This document shows, piece by piece, positions 36,103 to 46,102 of a stretch of 64,000 bases of DNA. The first letter of the stretch is position 1. The number at the start of each line of letters is the position of its first letter. Made by a program: the position numbers and the translations under genes. Where the stretch lies: positions 13,989 to 77,988 of the forward strand of contig JAPYTP010000001.1 in NCBI GenBank assembly GCA_029941885.1, in the 5' to 3' direction. The notes beneath the pieces are model-generated. The model saw nothing but the letters and a program-made list of their open reading frames with translations, ran no database searches and was not told where the DNA came from. This DNA is from Myxococcota bacterium. GTDB taxonomy: Bacteria; Myxococcota_A; UBA9160; UBA4427.

Positions 36103-37089
36103 CTAGCCCGCGAGGTAGATGATCGCGCCCAGTACGATCAGGAGGCCCACGAAGATTCCGATGCCCTTTCGGGCCGAGTTGCGAGCGCGATCCGCGAGCC
36201 ACCAGTTCCGAGGTCGCATTCCGCGCCATACAAAGGTCAGGATGGCGGCGAGGGTCACTGCGGTCACATTACCCCCCGCCAACAAGAGGGCGGAGAGCGC
36301 AGAGCGAAATTCGCCCGCCGACAAAAGCATGCCACACGCGACCGTCGGAGGGAGCAGCGCGACCGCGACCATGACGCCGGTCAGATAGGTGGGCGCGCCC
36401 GTCGTGAAAGCGAGTGCGCCGGCGCATCCCGCCGCCAGCGCAAGCACGAGATCCCACACTCCGACCTGTGCTCGCGAAGCGAGCTCGGGAGTTGTCGGAT
36501 CGACGCCTAATACCAGGCCCAGCAGCACCGCGAAAACCAGGGTAAAGGCGAAACCGACACTGGCTGTGACCAACGCGCGACGAGCGAGATCGAGATCCCC
36601 GAGTACCAGGCCGAGTGCGAGCGCCATATTGGGACCGAGTAGAGGCGCCACGACCATCGCACCGATGACCGCGGCCGTGTTGTCATGAGAGAGGCCGATC
36701 GCGGCGACGATCGCGGCGAGAACCACGAGGGAGAGGTAGTGGCGGTGGAGTTTCGCGCCATCGGCAATACTCGCGTAGACCTCCTCTCGGCTGACGGCGG
36801 CGGCGCTGTGGAGATGTTCCTGCCGGTTCGGCGATTTCGAGGCGAGAGGGCGTGGGAGGACCGCGTCGAGGGGTTGCACGAGCACCATCAGGCCGCCGCG
36901 GTCGGCGATGCGCTCATGAAGTGCGTCGAGTGCGACTCCCGAGCGCTCGCTGCCGAGGACCGCGCGGACGATGTGGCCGAAGTGACCCCCGTCCTCCGTC
37001 CAGACCTGCTGACTGAGCTCGGCGAGCGTCTCTTGGGCATCCCCCGCCAGCTCCGGTGACACATGGGCTTCGATGATCTTGAGTGCCAC
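36103..37089 (-). CDS. DUF389 (TIGR00341-type) membrane protein
   Basis: Soluble N-terminal domain followed by about 6 hydrophobic helices with VIGAMVVAPLLGP. GTG start. Confidence 0.7.
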   Translation of the reverse strand: MALKIIEAHVSPELAGDAQETLAELSQQVWTEDGGHFGHIVRAVLGSERSGVALDALHERIADRGGLMVLVQPLDAVLPRPLASKSPNRQEHLHSAAAVSREEVYASIADGAKLHRHYLSLVVLAAIVAAIGLSHDNTAAVIGAMVVAPLLGPNMALALGLVLGDLDLARRALVTASVGFAFTLVFAVLLGLVLGVDPTTPELASRAQVGVWDLVLALAAGCAGALAFTTGAPTYLTGVMVAVALLPPTVACGMLLSAGEFRSALSALLLAGGNVTAVTLAAILTFVWRGMRPRNWWLADRARNSARKGIGIFVGLLIVLGAIIYLAG

Positions 37090-37236
37090 TGGTATTCCCC
37101 CGTTCTTGTACCGCTCTCGTCTCGACTGATTGGAAGGGTACCGGAGAGACTGCGAGTTCCCCGGCTGACGTCGCCGCCCGCTGGCCCCGGCGCTAATCTA
37201 GACAGCCCCATCGAAAAGAAGCTCCGGAGATCCGTC

Positions 37237-38466
37237 ATGGCCATCGATTTCAGCTTTCCCGAAGAAGTGACCCTCGTCGTGCACAAGGTTCGCGAGTTTT
37301 GCGAACAGATCGTCGCGCCCGCGCAGAAGGAGATCGAGGCGGACGAAGGAAATCGGGAAATCCTCGTGAGCCAGATCATCAAGATGCGGAAGGCCGCCAA
37401 GGAATGGGGACTCTGGCTGCCTCATATGCCCGAGGAGTATGGAGGGATGGGCCTCGGCCACGTGGCGATGGCGGCGGTCTCGGCCGAAGCGGCAAGGCTG
37501 TCGAGCTTCGGCCCCTTCGCTCTCAACGCCCAGGCGCCGGATGAGGGCAACATGCACACCCTGCTGCATTGGGCGACGCCTTCCCAGATCGAGAGATACC
37601 TGCGACCCCTCTGTGATGGACGCTCGCGATCGTGCTTCGCCATGACCGAACCCGAGGTCGCAGGGTCGGATCCCACATTGATCCAGACCCGTGCCGTTCG
37701 AGAGGGTGATGACTGGGTGATCAACGGCCACAAGTGGTTCGTCTCGGGCGCGCGCGGGGCGAAATTCGCAATCCTGATCACGAAGACCGAGGACAATCCC
37801 GAGATTCCCCAGGCGGGCAACAGCGCCTTCATCATCGACCTCCCAAGCGAAGGTTGGGAGATCGTGCGCGACGTCGAGACCATGAGCGGAAGCCATAATC
37901 ACTGCGAGATCCGGATCACCGATCTGCGCGTCTCGAACGACCAGATGCTAGGCGGACCGGGGCAGGGGCATCTGCTCGGGCAGGCCCGGCTCGGGCCTGC
38001 GCGCCTCGCTCATTGCATGCGCTGGATCGGACAGGCTGAGGTCGCTCTGGAGCTGATGGTCGAACGCTCGCTCAATCGATTTGCCCACGGCTCCTTGCTC
38101 GCGGAGAAGCAGGGCATCCAGTGGATGATCGCGGACTCGACGATGGAACTCTACCAATCGAAACTGATGGTTCTACACGCGGCCTACAAGATCGATCGGG
38201 GTGATGATTTCAAGAGCGAGGTCTCGATGGCGAAACACTTCGTGGCGAACTCGCTCGGTCGGATCGTCGACCGTGCAATTCAGGTTCACGGCGCGCTTGG
38301 CTACTCCACGGACACTCCGCTCGCGAAGATGGCCACCCAGGCGCGCTGGGCTCGCTTGGCGGACGGTGCGGACGAGGTCCATCAATGGCGAATCGCGTCG
38401 CGAACGATCGATTCCTGGGTTCGGACCGGCGGGATGAAGGCGGCGACTGGGGACTTGCCGCTGTGA
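37237..38466 (+). CDS. Acyl-CoA dehydrogenase
   Basis: MTEPEVAGSDPT, NGHKWFVSGA, IQVHGALGYS. Start trimmed to MAIDFSFPEE. Confidence 0.9.
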   Translation: MAIDFSFPEEVTLVVHKVREFCEQIVAPAQKEIEADEGNREILVSQIIKMRKAAKEWGLWLPHMPEEYGGMGLGHVAMAAVSAEAARLSSFGPFALNAQAPDEGNMHTLLHWATPSQIERYLRPLCDGRSRSCFAMTEPEVAGSDPTLIQTRAVREGDDWVINGHKWFVSGARGAKFAILITKTEDNPEIPQAGNSAFIIDLPSEGWEIVRDVETMSGSHNHCEIRITDLRVSNDQMLGGPGQGHLLGQARLGPARLAHCMRWIGQAEVALELMVERSLNRFAHGSLLAEKQGIQWMIADSTMELYQSKLMVLHAAYKIDRGDDFKSEVSMAKHFVANSLGRIVDRAIQVHGALGYSTDTPLAKMATQARWARLADGADEVHQWRIASRTIDSWVRTGGMKAATGDLPL

Positions 38467-38506
38467 TCATTTCTTCCGACGCAAGCGGGTTCTCTCGGAC
38501 GACACC

Positions 38507-39091
38507 ATGTCGAATCGCCTGACGAAACTCGTGCCCGCTCTCCTCTCCGATGAGCAACGGGTGATCTACGAACGGGTCGCGTCGGGTCCGCGGCGTCGGA
38601 TGGGGGTTTCCCTCGCGGACGAAGAGGGAGGCTTGATCGGCCCCTTCAACGCCTACCTCCACACGCCGGAACTCGGGGGGCGCCTCGAGGCGGCGGGGGT
38701 GGGACTGCGAGAGCTGACCGCGCTGGCTCCGCGGCTGCGAGAAATCGCGATCTTGACGAGCGCGAAGCATCATCGAGCCCAGTTCGAGTGGTACGCCCAT
38801 GCGCAGATCGCGCGCACCGAGGGTGTCGATGACGAGGTCATCGCCGCCATCCATGCCGGTCGCAAGCCCACATTCAAAGATCCGACCGATGCCGCGGTCC
38901 ATCGATTTGCCGTCGAATTGCTCGACAACCACCGGGTAGCTGACGAGACCTATGCTGCCCTGGCGGAGTGCCTGTCCGAACGGGAGCGGGTCGAGCTGGT
39001 TTTCGTGCTGGGCTACTACGCGCTCGTCTCGATGACCCTCAACGTGTTCGAGGTGGCTCTCCCTCTCGGCGAATCTCTGCCCTTCGAGTGA
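38507..39091 (+). CDS. Carboxymuconolactone decarboxylase (AhpD-like) family protein
   Basis: REIAILTSAKHHRAQFEWYAH and an overall all-helical 194-aa pattern typical of the CMD family. Confidence 0.7.
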   Translation: MSNRLTKLVPALLSDEQRVIYERVASGPRRRMGVSLADEEGGLIGPFNAYLHTPELGGRLEAAGVGLRELTALAPRLREIAILTSAKHHRAQFEWYAHAQIARTEGVDDEVIAAIHAGRKPTFKDPTDAAVHRFAVELLDNHRVADETYAALAECLSERERVELVFVLGYYALVSMTLNVFEVALPLGESLPFE

Positions 39092-39352
39092 ACTCGGGGG
39101 CCATCCGGTGATTCCCCCTCGATTATTGTGCTAGGGTGCGCGGCCAAGAAAGCGGGCCGAAGAAGAATTTCACTCCTCACCGAGTTTCTTCGAGCCTCTA
39201 ATCGATCCCAGATCGACACACCCGAGTGTTTCCAGGCCCAGAGTCTGTTTCGTTCCTTTCCCTTCCTTGCTCCCGAGAGGGTCCAGCAAATGGGGCGCGG
39301 CGAACGTTCGACAGAAGAGGGTCCACGAGAGACTCCTCTGAGCCGTGAGAAA

Positions 39353-41338
39353 ATGACAACAAACGAAAACTTCGCGGGACTTCCCGCGCCGATCAGCGCT
39401 GCCCTCGAACAACGGGGCTTCGAGAGCCTTACCTCCGTCCAGCAAGCCGTGATCGAGGCCTCGTCCGAGGGACGAGACCTGCGAATCTCTTCCCAGACCG
39501 GCTCCGGCAAGACCGTCGCATTCGGTATCGCCCTCGCTGAGCATTTCATGCGACAGAACGAGTCGACCGAGAAGACGCGCGCCAAGGATCGGGTGGCTCA
39601 TCCGACCGCCCTCGTGATCGTTCCGACGCGAGAACTCGCCGCCCAGGTTCGCGAGGAGCTGCATTGGCTCTACGCCGATCTGCGCGAGCTCCGGGTCGAG
39701 GTCGTGACCGGTGGGACATCGATCGGACTCGAGCGCCGCGCTCTTTCGCGCGGTCCGGCGATCGTGGTGGGCACGCCGGGTCGTCTGCTCGACCACATGC
39801 GCAACAAGGCGGTCGTCTGCGACCGGATCGAACACGTCGTGCTCGACGAAGCGGACCAGATGCTCGACATGGGTTTCCGCGAAGAACTCGAGGCGATCCT
39901 CGAGCAGCTGCCCGAGAAACGAATGAGCCATCTGGTCTCGGCAACTTTTCCGCGCGCGGTCCTGTTGCTCGCGAACCAGTATCAGTCGGATCCATTGGTC
40001 CTCGAGGGCACGCAACTCGGGGCCGCCAACGCGGACATCCAGCACATCGCCTATGCGATCCGGCGTCACGAGACCTATCCGGCGCTGGTGAATCTCCTGC
40101 TTCTCGCCGGGGACTCCCGCACCCTCCTCTTCGTAAATCGGCGCGTCGACGCAACGGAATTGGCGGAGAAGTTGGCGAGCGACGGGTTCGGCGCCGCGCC
40201 CTTCAGCGGCGAACTCGCCCAGTCCCAGCGCACGAGAACCCTGGGTGCCTTTCGAAACGGAACACTCCCGATCCTGGTATCGACTGAGGTCGCTGCCCGT
40301 GGAATCGACGTCCCCGGGATCTCGACGGTGATACACGTCGACCCGCCGCGGACCGCCGATGCATATACGCATCGGAGTGGCCGAACCGGTCGCGCGGGAC
40401 AGGCCGGGCGCAGCATTCTTTTCGCGACGCCGCCGGAGATGGGCCGCATCAAGCGCATGTTGAAATCCGCGCGCGTCGAAATCTCGTGGCAACCCATTCC
40501 GACCCCCGAGAAGGTCGAGAAGGCGCTCCGAAAGCGGGCGCGGCGATTGCTGCACGAGCGGCTCGCCGAGAACTCGACCACAGAGTCCCAGATGATGTAC
40601 GCCAAGCAGCTTCTCGAAGATCGCGATCCGATTCAGGTCGTCGCGACGCTCCTCGATCTGGCGGCACCAGAAGTCAACCGTGAACCCATGAAGGTCACCG
40701 GCTTCGATCCTGCCAAGGAGCGAGGATCGGGTGGGCGCAGCGATCGCCCCGATCGACGGGAACGCCCGGACCGGGGCGGAAAGGGTTCCTTCGGGCGTGG
40801 GCAGGAGAGCGCTACCGAGTTCACCCGCTTCTTTGTGAGCTGGGGCGAGGAGAGTGGTGCGACAACGGGGAGACTCCTCGGGCAGGTCTGTCGACGGGGC
40901 GGAATCGAGAGCCATCAGGTCGGTCCGATCGAGGTCGCGGCCCGCGTCTCCTTCGTCAGCGTCGCCAACGATGTGGCCGACCAATTCGAGGCACGCGCGA
41001 GGCGGCCGGACGAACGGGATCCCGGAATCGTGATCAAACGCGCCGAGCAGAAAGCGCCCCGATCGGGTTCGGTTCGCGGCCCTCGCCACTATCCTTCCGG
41101 CGGCCCAGCCGGTCCTTCCGGCGGCCCGGCCGGTGCTTCCAGCGGCGCCGCCGGTCCACGTCGTGCGGGTGGACCGCCCGTCGGTCTGTCTGGCCCGGCC
41201 GGCGTCTACGGTTCCTCGGCGCCGCCCGCTGGGCCCTCCGCGGATCCCGGCCACCGACCCCGCCCGAACAAGCCGAAGGGTGCCAAGCGAACGCGGGCTT
41301 TCAAGTCCAAGAAGCCCGGGCATCACCCCGGACGCTAG
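39353..41338 (+). CDS. DEAD-box ATP-dependent RNA helicase with a DbpA-like RNA-binding domain and a low-complexity basic tail
   Basis: Q-motif region, SQTGSGKT, VLDEADQML (DEAD), VSATFP (SAT), HRSGRTGRAG. C-terminal FFVSWGEESG...IEV domain, then a PSGGPAG repeat/basic tail. Confidence 0.9.
   Translation: MTTNENFAGLPAPISAALEQRGFESLTSVQQAVIEASSEGRDLRISSQTGSGKTVAFGIALAEHFMRQNESTEKTRAKDRVAHPTALVIVPTRELAAQVREELHWLYADLRELRVEVVTGGTSIGLERRALSRGPAIVVGTPGRLLDHMRNKAVVCDRIEHVVLDEADQMLDMGFREELEAILEQLPEKRMSHLVSATFPRAVLLLANQYQSDPLVLEGTQLGAANADIQHIAYAIRRHETYPALVNLLLLAGDSRTLLFVNRRVDATELAEKLASDGFGAAPFSGELAQSQRTRTLGAFRNGTLPILVSTEVAARGIDVPGISTVIHVDPPRTADAYTHRSGRTGRAGQAGRSILFATPPEMGRIKRMLKSARVEISWQPIPTPEKVEKALRKRARRLLHERLAENSTTESQMMYAKQLLEDRDPIQVVATLLDLAAPEVNREPMKVTGFDPAKERGSGGRSDRPDRRERPDRGGKGSFGRGQESATEFTRFFVSWGEESGATTGRLLGQVCRRGGIESHQVGPIEVAARVSFVSVANDVADQFEARARRPDERDPGIVIKRAEQKAPRSGSVRGPRHYPSGGPAGPSGGPAGASSGAAGPRRAGGPPVGLSGPAGVYGSSAPPAGPSADPGHRPRPNKPKGAKRTRAFKSKKPGHHPGR
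41093..41155. repeat. 21-bp tandem repeat x3 (third copy degenerate) inside the helicase 3' end
   Basis: CCTTCCGGCGGCCCAGCCGGT / CCTTCCGGCGGCCCGGCCGGT / GCTTCCAGCGGCGCCGCCGGT, encoding PSGGPAG-PSGGPAG-ASSGAAG. Confidence 0.85.
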
Positions 41339-42462
41339 ACCCGAACGGCAAAGCCGCGTCGATTCATCCACCAGGTCGGGGCGAAGACCATCGCCAGCAG
41401 GGCGAGAATGATGCCGAGGGTTGCGACCTGCGGTGACAGGACGTCCGTGAGAACAGCGTAGGCGCCGCGTAGGCCGACGGTTGCGACGATGACCGCGAGG
41501 ACGTGTACGAGGTAGGCGGTGATCGAATTCCTGCCCATGATTTCGAGCGCGTGAACGAGCCGCCCTTGCGAATCTTTTCGCTCGATCGCCGCGTAGAAGA
41601 AGGCCATTACAATCAGTCCGACCCCGGACGTGTGGAGCACGAAACTCCCCGTCCAGATCTGCTTGACCATGGGATGGACGGTGCCCCACACGCTTCCGGC
41701 GACCAGGGTGGTGACGCCGATGCCGATCATTCCGAGGGCCAGGCGCTGCGGGTCCTCGCGCTGTCGTAGGATCCAGCCGCCGGCGAGTGTGCCGACGAGA
41801 GCAATGACGGCGGTCGACGGCAGCGAGAGCAGGCCGCCGGCGCTCCAGGTCGGAATGCCATTCGCGTCGGGAACCATTCGACTCTCGCCCAGGATCGTTA
41901 AGTCGACCCACGCCGCGATATTGAGATTTCTCTCGAGGAGATCCGCGGGACCCACGCCCGGAAAGGGAAGCCACTCGAGTGCGGCCCCGTAGGCGAGGAG
42001 CACCGTGGCACACAAGCCGATGCGAACCGCGTCGGTGGTTCGGAGGAAGATCGGCACTGCGACGAAATACACGACCCCGATCCGTTGCAGCGTACCGTTG
42101 ATCGCGAGCGGCGTGCCGGCGGGACTTCCGAGGAGCGAAATGGAGTTGACGCCTTGCCCGAGCACGATCAGCAGCAGAGTCCGAACGAGAAGTCGACGCC
42201 ACGGAATCGGCTGATCACGGCGGTTCTCCATCGAGAGGGCGATTGCAATTCCCACGAAGAAGAGAAAAAGAGGAAAGACGATATCTGCGAAATGAACGCC
42301 TACCCAGCGCGCATGGAGAAGGGTTTGGTGGGGATCGCCGCTCGGGAAGGCTTGTTTCACGGCCCTCGACGTATTGGCTGCGACCATTCCGACGATGGCA
42401 AACCCGCGCGCGGCGTCCAGAGAGCGAAGTCGGCTCGTCGTCGGGATCGGGTCGGCGCTCAT
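41335..42462 (-). CDS. Heparan-alpha-glucosaminide N-acetyltransferase-like (DUF1624/DUF5009) membrane acyltransferase
   Basis: SRLRSLDAARGFAIVGMV N-terminal signature and about 10 TM helices. Its stop overlaps the helicase stop in CTAG. Confidence 0.7.
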   Translation of the reverse strand: MSADPIPTTSRLRSLDAARGFAIVGMVAANTSRAVKQAFPSGDPHQTLLHARWVGVHFADIVFPLFLFFVGIAIALSMENRRDQPIPWRRLLVRTLLLIVLGQGVNSISLLGSPAGTPLAINGTLQRIGVVYFVAVPIFLRTTDAVRIGLCATVLLAYGAALEWLPFPGVGPADLLERNLNIAAWVDLTILGESRMVPDANGIPTWSAGGLLSLPSTAVIALVGTLAGGWILRQREDPQRLALGMIGIGVTTLVAGSVWGTVHPMVKQIWTGSFVLHTSGVGLIVMAFFYAAIERKDSQGRLVHALEIMGRNSITAYLVHVLAVIVATVGLRGAYAVLTDVLSPQVATLGIILALLAMVFAPTWWMNRRGFAVRV

Positions 42463-42657
42463 CCGAACTCCACGCGTCGTGATCCTCGAGCGAGGAAGCT
42501 AGCAACTCCGCCGCGAGTATCTGCCGAGCTTCGAGGGCGCCCGCGGATCGAAAGGATCGGACTCCGCACGGCCGGGATGTGATGTGTCGGCTCGGCGGCG
42601 GAGGAGGCGCTTTGTCTCTACGCTCTCCATCCGAATTCGAAAGAGAAGGAGAGAGGA

Positions 42658-43254
42658 ATGGCTGAGTCAAGCGACGTGGGTGCACCTACGCTCACGAAGA
42701 AGGGAATGGGGATCGTCGACGGGCTGCCCCTCGAGATCACGGACGACAGCCCGGGCGCGCTTCGGGACGCCGTTCAACTCCTGCTCGATATGGAAGCCAT
42801 CCGCCGGGTCAAGCACGCCTATTTCAGATGCCTCGATACGGGGAACTTCGAAGAACTCGGCGAGTTGTTCCATCCCGACGTGAAGGTCCACTTCATCGGC
42901 GGAACCTATGAGTGGAAGCTCGAGGGACGCGAGGAATACCTCGCCGCGATCGGCCAATCCTTCCACAATCGATCCGTCGGGCACCACAACGGTCATCATC
43001 CCGAGATCGAGATCCTGAGTGCCAGCGAGGCGACAGGCGTCTGGTACCTGACCGACAACATGTGGATCATGAGCCAGGAGAACTTTACCACCGGCACGGC
43101 GATCTATTGGGATACCTACCGGAAGGTCGATGGCCGCTGGCTGATTGCCGATTCCAAGTACGAGCGGATCTACGAGCTGAACCAGCACGCGAATCCGGAA
43201 CCGAGATTCGACTACCACTACCTGGGCAAGTACGCGAAGCCGCCGGCGAGCTAG
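42658..43254 (+). CDS. NTF2/SnoaL-like (SnoaL_4) protein
   Basis: LLDMEAIRRVKHAYFRCLDTGNFEEL..., with a late GRWLIADSKYE. AAGGAGAGAGG SD. Confidence 0.7.
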   Translation: MAESSDVGAPTLTKKGMGIVDGLPLEITDDSPGALRDAVQLLLDMEAIRRVKHAYFRCLDTGNFEELGELFHPDVKVHFIGGTYEWKLEGREEYLAAIGQSFHNRSVGHHNGHHPEIEILSASEATGVWYLTDNMWIMSQENFTTGTAIYWDTYRKVDGRWLIADSKYERIYELNQHANPEPRFDYHYLGKYAKPPAS

Positions 43255-43293
43255 GATCGCGAGTCCGATGCCACTCCTGCTGGGCCTACATGC

Positions 43294-43749
43294 CTAACGC
43301 GGTTGGCAATCGAAGACGGGGATGTTGCGGTCGGTCCTCGCACGGTAGTCGGCGAACTCGTGGTAGTGCTCGACACAGGTCGGCCAGAGTTCTTCCTTCT
43401 CGGCGTCATCGACCTGACGGGCGACGAGTTCCATTCGCTTGCCCATGAACTGCGCGACGATATCCGAGTTGGCCTGGATATTCTTGACCCAGATCGGGGA
43501 TTTGGGCGCCCCCCCTTGCGACCCGACGATGATCACGCCGTCCTTGTGCGGGACGTACATGAGCGGGATCGTGCGTTTCTTGCCGGACTTCGCGCCCTTC
43601 ATTTCGATCAGGACCACGGGTCGGCCCTGGAATTTTCCCATCAGGCGTCCGCCGGTCAGCTTGTAGACGACGCTGTTGAGGCCGGAGAAGGGCTTGATGA
43701 AACTTCGTAGCCGCTTGAATTCTTTTTCGGTCATCGGATTTTCAGCCAT
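43294..43749 (-). CDS. Deazaflavin(F420)-dependent nitroreductase family (DDN/PF04075-like) protein
   Basis: LIEMKGAKSGKKRTIPLMYVPHKDGVIIVGSQGGAPKSPIWVKNI and WPTCVEHYHEFADY match the family pattern as recalled. Confidence 0.75.
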   Translation of the reverse strand: MAENPMTEKEFKRLRSFIKPFSGLNSVVYKLTGGRLMGKFQGRPVVLIEMKGAKSGKKRTIPLMYVPHKDGVIIVGSQGGAPKSPIWVKNIQANSDIVAQFMGKRMELVARQVDDAEKEELWPTCVEHYHEFADYRARTDRNIPVFDCQPR

Positions 43750-43869
43750 GGTGGATTCCTTCGGTCTCTTCTCTTCACGGCGCGTGCCGAGATTGGGGAT
43801 GATTGTGTCCCGCTTCTTGGGTGCATCTTAGTCTAGCGACGCGAGTGGGGAAGTCGGTAGGCTCAGGGA

Positions 43870-44952
43870 ATGGTAAAGACGCGCACCGTACAGACCCGAA
43901 GTCTCAACGTGCACCTCCGCGAAGCGGGTGAGGATCGCCCCGGCGACGATCCGGTGATCCTGCTTCACGGCTTCCCGCAGACCTCCTATATGTGGCGCCA
44001 CCAGATGGAGGCGCTGGGCGACCGCTTCAAGATCTACGCCCCTGATACGCGAGGCTATGGCGGGACCGACAAGCCGCGAGTTCGGCTCGACCGCAGCCTC
44101 TTGGCGCGAGACCTGATCGACCTGATGGACGCGCTCGAGATCGAGCGGGCGCGTCTGGTCGGTCATGATTGGGGCGGTGTGATCGCATCGGCGGCCGCAC
44201 TCAAATATCCCGACCGCTTCAGTCGACTCGGATTGATCGATACCCTCGTATCCGTCTGGATCACCTGGGGGATCCACGGCTACTGGTTCAAGGCAGAGCC
44301 CGACGCAGAAGAGTTTTTCGAGAGCCACCATCGCGCCTTCATCCGCTCGACCTTCGCAGGAGAAGCGACTCCGTATGGGGGACCGCCCGAATCGCCATGG
44401 GCCGCCGTCGAAGGTTCCGAGGGGAGTGCTGCACTCGACGGCTGGGACCCGAAACAATTCTGGACTCTCGAAGACGTACGTCACTACGAGGAGTCCTTTG
44501 CGAACCCGGGCTCCTGGTTTCACGCCATCGAATACTATCGACACTGCCTCCCCTTTCATGTGTCGATCCCGGACGCAGAGGCAGAAGGGGGTGTTCGATT
44601 CGAATTCCGGTCGAATCGGGAGATCGCCTCGATGTGGCATCATCCGGATCTCATCTTTGCGCATCCAGACTGGGCGAAGGAGTTCATGGTCTTCGCCCCT
44701 GAGGATTGGCACCTCCGATTCGAGGGGCCGACCTTCTACCTCTTCAGTCCGTTTCTGATGCCCCAGGCGTTCGAGAACGGGGAGCTTCCACCCGACGACT
44801 ACATTCCAAGCGGCAATCCATATGCGGACTCGTTCCCGCATCACTTTCCCGACCTGCGTACACGTGGGGCGCAATGTGGTCATTTCATTCCGGAAGAAGA
44901 TCCCGTGCGCACGAATGAGTTGCTGGCGCAATTCTTGACGGGCGAGATCTGA
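43870..44952 (+). CDS. Alpha/beta hydrolase, epoxide-hydrolase/haloalkane-dehalogenase-like
   Basis: ILLHGFPQTSYMW, GHDWGG nucleophile motif, C-terminal GHFIPEE. Confidence 0.8.
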   Translation: MVKTRTVQTRSLNVHLREAGEDRPGDDPVILLHGFPQTSYMWRHQMEALGDRFKIYAPDTRGYGGTDKPRVRLDRSLLARDLIDLMDALEIERARLVGHDWGGVIASAAALKYPDRFSRLGLIDTLVSVWITWGIHGYWFKAEPDAEEFFESHHRAFIRSTFAGEATPYGGPPESPWAAVEGSEGSAALDGWDPKQFWTLEDVRHYEESFANPGSWFHAIEYYRHCLPFHVSIPDAEAEGGVRFEFRSNREIASMWHHPDLIFAHPDWAKEFMVFAPEDWHLRFEGPTFYLFSPFLMPQAFENGELPPDDYIPSGNPYADSFPHHFPDLRTRGAQCGHFIPEEDPVRTNELLAQFLTGEI

Positions 44953-45243
44953 GCTTCCCAACGCCGAGCGCCGGGCACTCGGCTCGTGAGGGCCGCGCAT
45001 GAAGATGTTTCCTGTCAGTGGCTCGCTGATATCGATCCTTGTCCGTTCGGCCGGAGGAATCCCGATCGATCGCACGCCCGTCGAGAACTAGCGCGATGGG
45101 TCACTCGGGGACCGGGCGAAGTGCGGTCGAGAACTAGAGCAGAGGAGTTCTCGGCGGGGCACCTTCGAGGACCCGGCGGACGCTGGCCAGTCCGTTTTCG
45201 AGTCGTTCGCGACTTCGGGTGGCGGAAAGCGAGAGTCGAATCG

Positions 45244-46086
45244 CGGGAGGCGCTGGGGATCCATCGACGCGAAATCCTGGGATTGCCCGAGCAGGTCGAA
45301 GCAGCATTCACGACCGGTGCCACCCTCGCGAATTTCACGGCGATGGCTGCCGCGCGTCATCGCCTGCTGGCGCGGGCCGGCTGGGATGTCGGGGCGCAGG
45401 GGCTCTACGGCGCGCCCGAAATCGAAGTCTTCGTATCCGAGGAGTCGCATCCGACCGTGCGCAAGGGGTTGGGCCTGCTCGGCCTCGGGCGTGACCGCGT
45501 GAGGGAGCTTCCGACGGATTCAAACGGTCGTGTGCTGGCAAGTGGCCTTCCCCACTTTGGGGCTCAGAGTCTCGTCTGTGTACAAGCGGGCAACGTGAAT
45601 AGCGGTGGCTTCGATCCCTTCCCGGAGCTCGTGGCCGCCTGCCGGGACACGGGGGCGTGGCTTCACGTCGATGGCGCGTTCGGACTCTGGGCTCTGGCGA
45701 GCCGCTCCAAGAAGTCGCTGGCGCGGGGGATCGAGGTGTGGGCTGCCCTTCGGAGTCTCGGTCGAGAGGGTGTCGAATCGATGATCGACCGCTGTTGCCG
45801 CTACGCCGAGGAGTTTGCCGACGGACTTCGTGAGGGCGGGTACGAGATCCTGAACGAGGTCGAACTCAATCAGGTCGTCGTTTCCTTCGGCGACGATGTC
45901 GTGAACTCCGCGATCATTGCGGCCGTGCAGGGCGATGGCGTCTGCTGGTGTGGTCCGACGCTGTGGCGTGGCCGGAGCGCGATGCGGATCAGCGTATCGT
46001 GTTGGGCGACGGTCGGCGATGACGTGCGCCGGTCGCTCGCTTCGATTCTCGAGTGTGCAAGGCGCGTTTGCCAGCGGCGGATCTGA
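45244..46086 (+). pseudogene. Remnant of a group-II PLP-dependent decarboxylase (N-terminus degenerate, lysine-bearing core deleted in frame)
   Basis: Recognisable blocks FTTGATLANFTAMAAARH, VCVQAGNVNSGGFDP, AWLHVDGAFGLWA and then directly ARGIEVWAALRSLGREG...RISVSCWAT. No HK (PLP-Lys) motif anywhere. Residues upstream of ~45244 look non-coding. Confidence 0.6.
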
Positions 46087-46102
46087 CAGCCGGGGCCGGG
46101 GC

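Noticed and set aside
39170-42202. 1010-aa minus-strand ORF, the longest in the track
   Set aside because: It runs antisense to the well-supported DEAD-box helicase and, in a different reading frame, through the same-strand acyltransferase gene. Its translation is Arg/Gly/Pro/Ser-rich with no motifs. This is the typical open shadow frame of high-GC DNA.
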